From Alphaproteobacteria bacterium (lineage in GTDB: Bacteria; Pseudomonadota; Alphaproteobacteria; UBA828), in NCBI GenBank assembly GCA_963422645.2, contig CAXXVO010000005.1:96001-160000 (forward strand): DNA of 64,000 nucleotides. Reading direction: 5' to 3'. Within the stretch, counting starts at the first letter, position 1. Every line of letters starts with the position of its first letter. The notes beneath the pieces were generated by a model. That model made no database searches. It was not told the DNA's origin and saw only the letters and a list, made by a program, of their open reading frames with translations. Positions 59,710 through 64,000 of the stretch are shown piece after piece. The translations under genes and the position numbers were made by a program.

Positions 59710-60705
59710 TCACGCGAAGGGCAGAAGCACCGTCGAGCCGGTGGTGCGCCGTTCCTCGATGGCGCGGTGCACGTCGGCGGCCTCGCGCAGCGGATAGCGG
59801 TTGCGGACGATGATCGTCACCGCCCCCGACGCAACGACGTCGAACAACTCCTGCGCCGAAGCGACCAGGTCCTCGCGTTCCTCGACATAGTGCATGAGCG
59901 CCGGGCGGGTGACGAACAGCGAGCCACGCGCGCCCAGATCCACGACATCGACGGGGTCCGGCGCGCCCGAGGCATGGCCGTAGCTCGCCAGGATGCCGAG
60001 CGGTCGCAAACAGTCCAACGAGCGGGTGAACGTGTCCTTGCCGATGCTCTCGTATACCACCGGGCAGCCCTTGCCTTCGGTGACCTCCATGACCAGCGGC
60101 ACAAAATCTTCGCGCGAATAGACGGCGACATGGTCGGCACCGTGGGCCTTGGCGAGTTCCGCCTTCTCGTCGGTGGACACCGTGCCGATCACGACAGCAC
60201 CCAGGTGCTTGGCCCACTGGCACAGGATCAGCCCCATGCCGCCCGCCGCCGCATGGACCAGCACCGCATCGCCCGGCTGCACCCGGTAGGTTCGGCGTAA
60301 GAGATACTGGGCGGTGAGACCCTTGAGCGTGATGCCGGCGGCGTCTTCCTCGGAGATGCCGTCGGGCAGCCTGACCATCCGCTTGGCCGGCATCACCCGG
60401 CGCTGCGCATAGGCGCCGTGCGGTGGGCTGGCATAGGTGACCCGGTCGCCGACCGCGCATTCCGTCACGCCGTCGCCGACCGCTTCGACCGTCCCCGCGC
60501 CCTCAATCCCTAAGACGAAGGGCAGCGGCGGCACCGGCCAGGGATGCGGCATGCCGCGCCGGTTGTAGGTGTCGATATAGTTCACCCCGATGGCGCCGTG
60601 CCGGATCAGAACTTCGCCCGGTCCCGGCTCGCCGACCGGCCAGTCCTGCCAACGGAAGACGTCGGGCGTGCCCTTTTCGTGGATGACGGCAGCTTTGTTG
60701 CTCAT
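59710..60705 (-). CDS. qor: NADPH:quinone oxidoreductase (MDR family)
   Basis: GVNYID, GIEGAG, LVHAAAGGMG, GSLFVTRP, RTTGSTVL. Confidence 0.92.
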   Translation of the reverse strand: MSNKAAVIHEKGTPDVFRWQDWPVGEPGPGEVLIRHGAIGVNYIDTYNRRGMPHPWPVPPLPFVLGIEGAGTVEAVGDGVTECAVGDRVTYASPPHGAYAQRRVMPAKRMVRLPDGISEEDAAGITLKGLTAQYLLRRTYRVQPGDAVLVHAAAGGMGLILCQWAKHLGAVVIGTVSTDEKAELAKAHGADHVAVYSREDFVPLVMEVTEGKGCPVVYESIGKDTFTRSLDCLRPLGILASYGHASGAPDPVDVVDLGARGSLFVTRPALMHYVEEREDLVASAQELFDVVASGAVTIIVRNRYPLREAADVHRAIEERRTTGSTVLLPFA

Positions 60706-60920
60706 GGCTTCTCCCGGTGTGGCATGCGTCCTGATGCCGTAGTCCCGGTCTTCTTTACCATTTTCCGCGAGCGACAGGAGAAAGCTGCGGTGCCGGACGA
60801 ATGCCGTTCTACCGGCGACGGCGACGAAGGGGTCGCGGGCGGACCCGCAAGCCTTGGCAACGCTTCCATGTCGACGCTAGCCTTGTCGATCCACCGGGCT
60901 GATCGACGGGAGGCCGCGCC

Positions 60921-61604
60921 ATGTATGACGCGATCGTTGTGGGGGCACGGTGTGCCGGCGCCTCTCTTGCGATGCTTCTTGCGCGCAAGCGCTACCGCGT
61001 GCTGCTCTTCGATCGGGCGACCTTCCCGAGCGATCAGACCATGTCGACGCATCTCGTCTGGCAGAACGAGACCAATCGTCTGCGCAAGTGGGGCTTGCTC
61101 GACAAGGTCGCCGCATCGGATTGTCCACCGATGTCGTCCTTCATCATCGACTTCGGGGCTTTTTCGCTCGCCGGCGAACCGCCTCCGCTGGACGGTCAGA
61201 AGCACGCGTTCGCTCCGAGACGCTACGTGCTCGACAAGATCCTGGTCGATGCCGCCGGGGAGGCCGGCGCCGAGGTCAGGGAGGGCTTCTTCGTCCGGGA
61301 TCTCGCAGGCGACGGCGACCGCGTGACCGGAATTGTGGGAACGGACAAGACCGGCTCCACCGCAAGAGAGACCGCCCGGATCGTCATCGGTGCGGACGGC
61401 ATGAACTCGCTGGTGGCGCGCGCGGTGCGGGCGCAAGAATACAACGCGAAGCCGCGGCTCCAAGGCACCTACTTCACTTACTGGAGCAATGTGCCCGTCG
61501 ACGGTGTGGAGTTCTACGTTGGGGAATGGCGAGGGGCATACGCCATGCCCACCAACGACGGCATGACGGTGGTCGGCGCGAACTGGACCGCTCGGGATGG
61601 GTAG
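60921..61604 (+). pseudogene. FAD-dependent oxidoreductase, 3'-truncated
   Basis: VVGARCAG, PRRYVLD, IGADG; the C-terminal GDA motif half is missing. Confidence 0.8.
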
Positions 61605-61728
61605 CCTACGACAAGGCGAGGGGGGCCGAGATCGTGTCCCTGGATCTGCCGAACGGGGTGCTGGGGGCGCCGATGACCTACCTGCTCGACGGCGTGCAGC
61701 ACATCGCGTTGACCGTCGGGGGGGGGGG
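61598..61728 (+). pseudogene. C-terminal fragment of a PQQ-dependent dehydrogenase-like gene
   Basis: VAYDKARGAEIVSLDLP...GAPMTYLLDGVQHIALTVGG. Confidence 0.7.
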
Positions 61729-62240
61729 ACTCCCCACCATTTGTAAAGAGGGCTCCGGCACGCGCGAGTAGGCGTGCTTGGCACTCTGTGTGGTTTCTGC
61801 GTCACGCTGCATGGGCTTGTCTCGCGAAGGCGGGATTGAAGACGGTCTGGTTTTCGAGCATCGCGCAGGCAACGCCGAGCAGGCGGTCGGCGACGCCGCG
61901 AAGTGCACGAGCGTGGCCGTGGCCGCGGGCACGCAGCGCGGCGTATTTCGCCTTGCTGACGGGGTCGTGCTGTATCGCGACCCCGGCCCAGTGGTAGACG
62001 GCGTCCTGGAGCCGGTTGTGAGACGCGAGACGTCGTATGACGATGAGCGACTTGCCGGACCGCTTGGTCACGGGAGCGACGCCGGACAGGCATCGCAAGG
62101 CCTGGTAGTCTCGCCGGCGCAGAGGATCGTGTGCTTCTGCGAGCAGCGTGGCGAGGACGATCCTGCCGACGCCGGGAAGCGAGCTCAGGATTTCCACGTC
62201 ACGCTGCGCATTTGTTCCCGGCTCGTCCTCCGGGGAGGCT
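61727..62240 (-). mobile_element. IS110-family element 2, partial copy interrupted by the Mu-like element
   Basis: Matches 53399 onward (one substitution seen) and is cut at ...GGAGGCT|TGTAG. Confidence 0.92.
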
Positions 62241-62412
62241 TGTAGCCGGCCGAAAGTCTTTGCGAATCGCGGCCGGAAGTCTTTGCGAATGGCCTGGAAA
62301 ATCGTCTGGTTTTCGGGGCTGAATCGGGCTGGAAAAACCGGCCTGTGCATGGGCCGTGAAGGAGCGCTGCGCGGGGGGTTCAGGGCCCGTGCACGGGCGG
62401 TGCGTGAGGGTT

Positions 62413-63297
62413 TCAGGCGCGGTCGGGACCGGGGCGGGCGCCGGGGCGGCACGGGCGTTCGAGTTCGGCCTTCCACCATTCGGGGTCTTCGACGGCGCGT
62501 TCTGCGGCGTCGTATCCGTCGTGACCGGTCCATCTTCCGGGGTCGGCGTCGGCGTACCATCGGCCTGCGCCGCGGTGTCGTTCGAGGGCGTCGTCGATGC
62601 GGGCGATCCCGTCCGCCGGGCGTCCCCGGCAGAAGCGCTCGAAGAAGGCGTTGAGGCGGCATCGGGGGCAGCGTCCGCAGGGCTCTGCCGCGACGGTGCA
62701 TCGCCAGGTGAGCGCCTCCAGCCCGGGCGGGAGCAGGGCCTGGAGCATGAAGCGCCCGGCGACGGGTCCGAAGGGGTCGTCCCGCGACGGCGGCCACTGC
62801 GCGCCGTCCTCCCAGCCGGGGAAGAAGGGGAGTTCCATGGGGACGGCGGTGCGCGCGCGGTAGACGGGATACCAGTACATGCGGTGCATGTCGTCGGCGG
62901 TGTCCCACGAGGTGATGCCGAGCATCACCCGGTCGGCGCGGTGGCGCTCGGCCTCGTCGGCGTGGGTTGCGTACCGGTCGAGGCCCCAGGGGCCGAATGT
63001 GGGGTCGCAGACGCCCTCCCACCCTCTCCCGTCCCTGATCGGGTATCCGGCGCCGGCATCGAGGTCGAGGCGCAGGGCGTCGCGCGACACGTGGCGCACG
63101 GGCCGGACGTTGCGGGAGAGCCAGTCTGCGACGGCCTCGCTTGCGGCCTGCTCGCGGGCGATGCGCGCGGGCAGTTCGCGGGCCGGCTCGCGGTAGTAGG
63201 AGAGGACGACCTCGTCTTCGGTCTCGCGCAGGACGAGGAGGGCGAGGGCGGTGCTGTCGATGCCGCCGCCTGCGGGGACGAGGGTGCGTCTTGGAAT
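62413..63297 (-). CDS. QueC-like PP-loop protein, copy 2; no ATG (ATT start or pseudogene)
   Basis: Six internal substitutions relative to copy 1; the start region is replaced. Confidence 0.6.
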   Translation of the reverse strand: MPRRTLVPAGGGIDSTALALLVLRETEDEVVLSYYREPARELPARIAREQAASEAVADWLSRNVRPVRHVSRDALRLDLDAGAGYPIRDGRGWEGVCDPTFGPWGLDRYATHADEAERHRADRVMLGITSWDTADDMHRMYWYPVYRARTAVPMELPFFPGWEDGAQWPPSRDDPFGPVAGRFMLQALLPPGLEALTWRCTVAAEPCGRCPRCRLNAFFERFCRGRPADGIARIDDALERHRGAGRWYADADPGRWTGHDGYDAAERAVEDPEWWKAELERPCRPGARPGPDRA

Positions 63298-63298
63298 C

Positions 63299-64000
63299 CT
63301 AGCCCCACTCGATGACGATATAGCCGGCGGAGACCGGGGAGGGCACGGTGAGCTGGGTGTGTCGGCTGACGCCGCTTGCGCCGGCGGGGGCGGAGGAGGT
63401 TCCGTCTGCGCCGTCTGCGCCGTTGCGTCCGTAGACCGCTCTCTTGCCGCCCTTGCCGCCGCGCGCCGTGCCGCCGAGGACGGCGGTGTTGCTGCCGTCG
63501 CCGCCGTCGGTGCCGGGGCGCGCCGTGCTGGTAAGGAGGGTGGGCGGTCCGTCCGTGCCGTCCACGCCGTTGCTTCCCACGGACCACCAGTAGGAGCTGC
63601 CCGGCGAGACCGCGATCTCGAAGTAGATGAAGCCGCCGCCGCCGCCGTCGCCGCCACGCCAGGTGGTGCGCCTGTCGGGGCCCCTGCCGCCGGAGGTGAT
63701 GCGGGTATAGCTGCCGCCGTCGCCGGCGGCGCCGCCCCGCAACTGCACGCGCACGCGGGTCACGCCCGTGGGCGCGACCCAGTACCCGGAGTCGGGCGTG
63801 GTGAAGGTCTTGCGCCCGCGCGGCGTGGGCCGGGGCGCCGGCTCGGGCGCGGGACGCGGCGGCGCCGTGCGCTCGCTGAGGTTGGCCAGCCGCGTGCGCT
63901 CGGCCGCGCTGAACACCTCGCCCCGCATCTGGCGGAAGGGGTGCAGGCCGGAGCCGTCGAGGGTGGCGACGCCGCCCGGATCGCCGAAGGCGTCGATCAT
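63299..64000 (-). CDS. Gly-rich phage tail-fibre-like protein, C-terminal part
   Basis: GGVATLDGSG; KTFTTP.SG.W.AP.GVTRVRVQL.GG...GGGGG...IAVSPG...GYIVIEW pattern. Confidence 0.7.
   Translation of the reverse strand: MIDAFGDPGGVATLDGSGLHPFRQMRGEVFSAAERTRLANLSERTAPPRPAPEPAPRPTPRGRKTFTTPDSGYWVAPTGVTRVRVQLRGGAAGDGGSYTRITSGGRGPDRRTTWRGGDGGGGGFIYFEIAVSPGSSYWWSVGSNGVDGTDGPPTLLTSTARPGTDGGDGSNTAVLGGTARGGKGGKRAVYGRNGADGADGTSSAPAGASGVSRHTQLTVPSPVSAGYIVIEWG

Larger units (their letters stand above)
62241..64000 (-). mobile_element. Right end of a larger Mu/Tn7-like element, possibly a transposable prophage; extends beyond the window
   Basis: Reverse complement of 7041-8188 occupies 62241 to about 63386, followed by extra Gly-rich coding sequence. 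Confidence 0.85.

Noticed and set aside
61802-63022. 406-aa ORF as a novel fusion protein
   Set aside because: Chance read-through from an off-frame of the QueC-like gene across the element end into the IS110 C-terminus.
62413-63657. 414-aa extended QueC-like protein
   Set aside because: The N-terminal extension is low-complexity off-frame translation of the Gly-rich gene.
1-64000. tRNA or rRNA genes
   Set aside because: No cloverleaf with a T-loop consensus or rRNA-like conserved segment was recognised by eye; tRNAscan-SE or Infernal would be decisive.

Overview
High-GC bacterial window, probably proteobacterial. It holds nitrogen and amide catabolism and transport genes: BKACE, PuuE, hydantoinase A/B, two PhyH dioxygenases, several ABC systems, and an N,N-dimethylformamidase plus UrtABCDE cluster. 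These are heavily interrupted by mobile DNA, and there are several gene-fragment fusions. Three things stand out. (1) A transposase-less 1567-bp element (6622-8188) has TGTAG...CTACA ends, a 5-bp target duplication and Mu-like repeated end motifs. Its only intact cargo is a QueC-like PP-loop/Zn protein. A larger relative starting at 62241 carries the same gene behind a Gly-rich phage-tail-like gene. (2) An IS110 element (53399-55099) has a non-coding end with all four bridge-RNA guide segments readable by eye, apparently programmed to target G/C homopolymer runs. (3) An IS66-family element carries a DNA adenine methyltransferase passenger and is present as two independently inserted copies. 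No rRNA, tRNA or CRISPR array was seen. All family calls come from motif recognition by eye, not from database searches.
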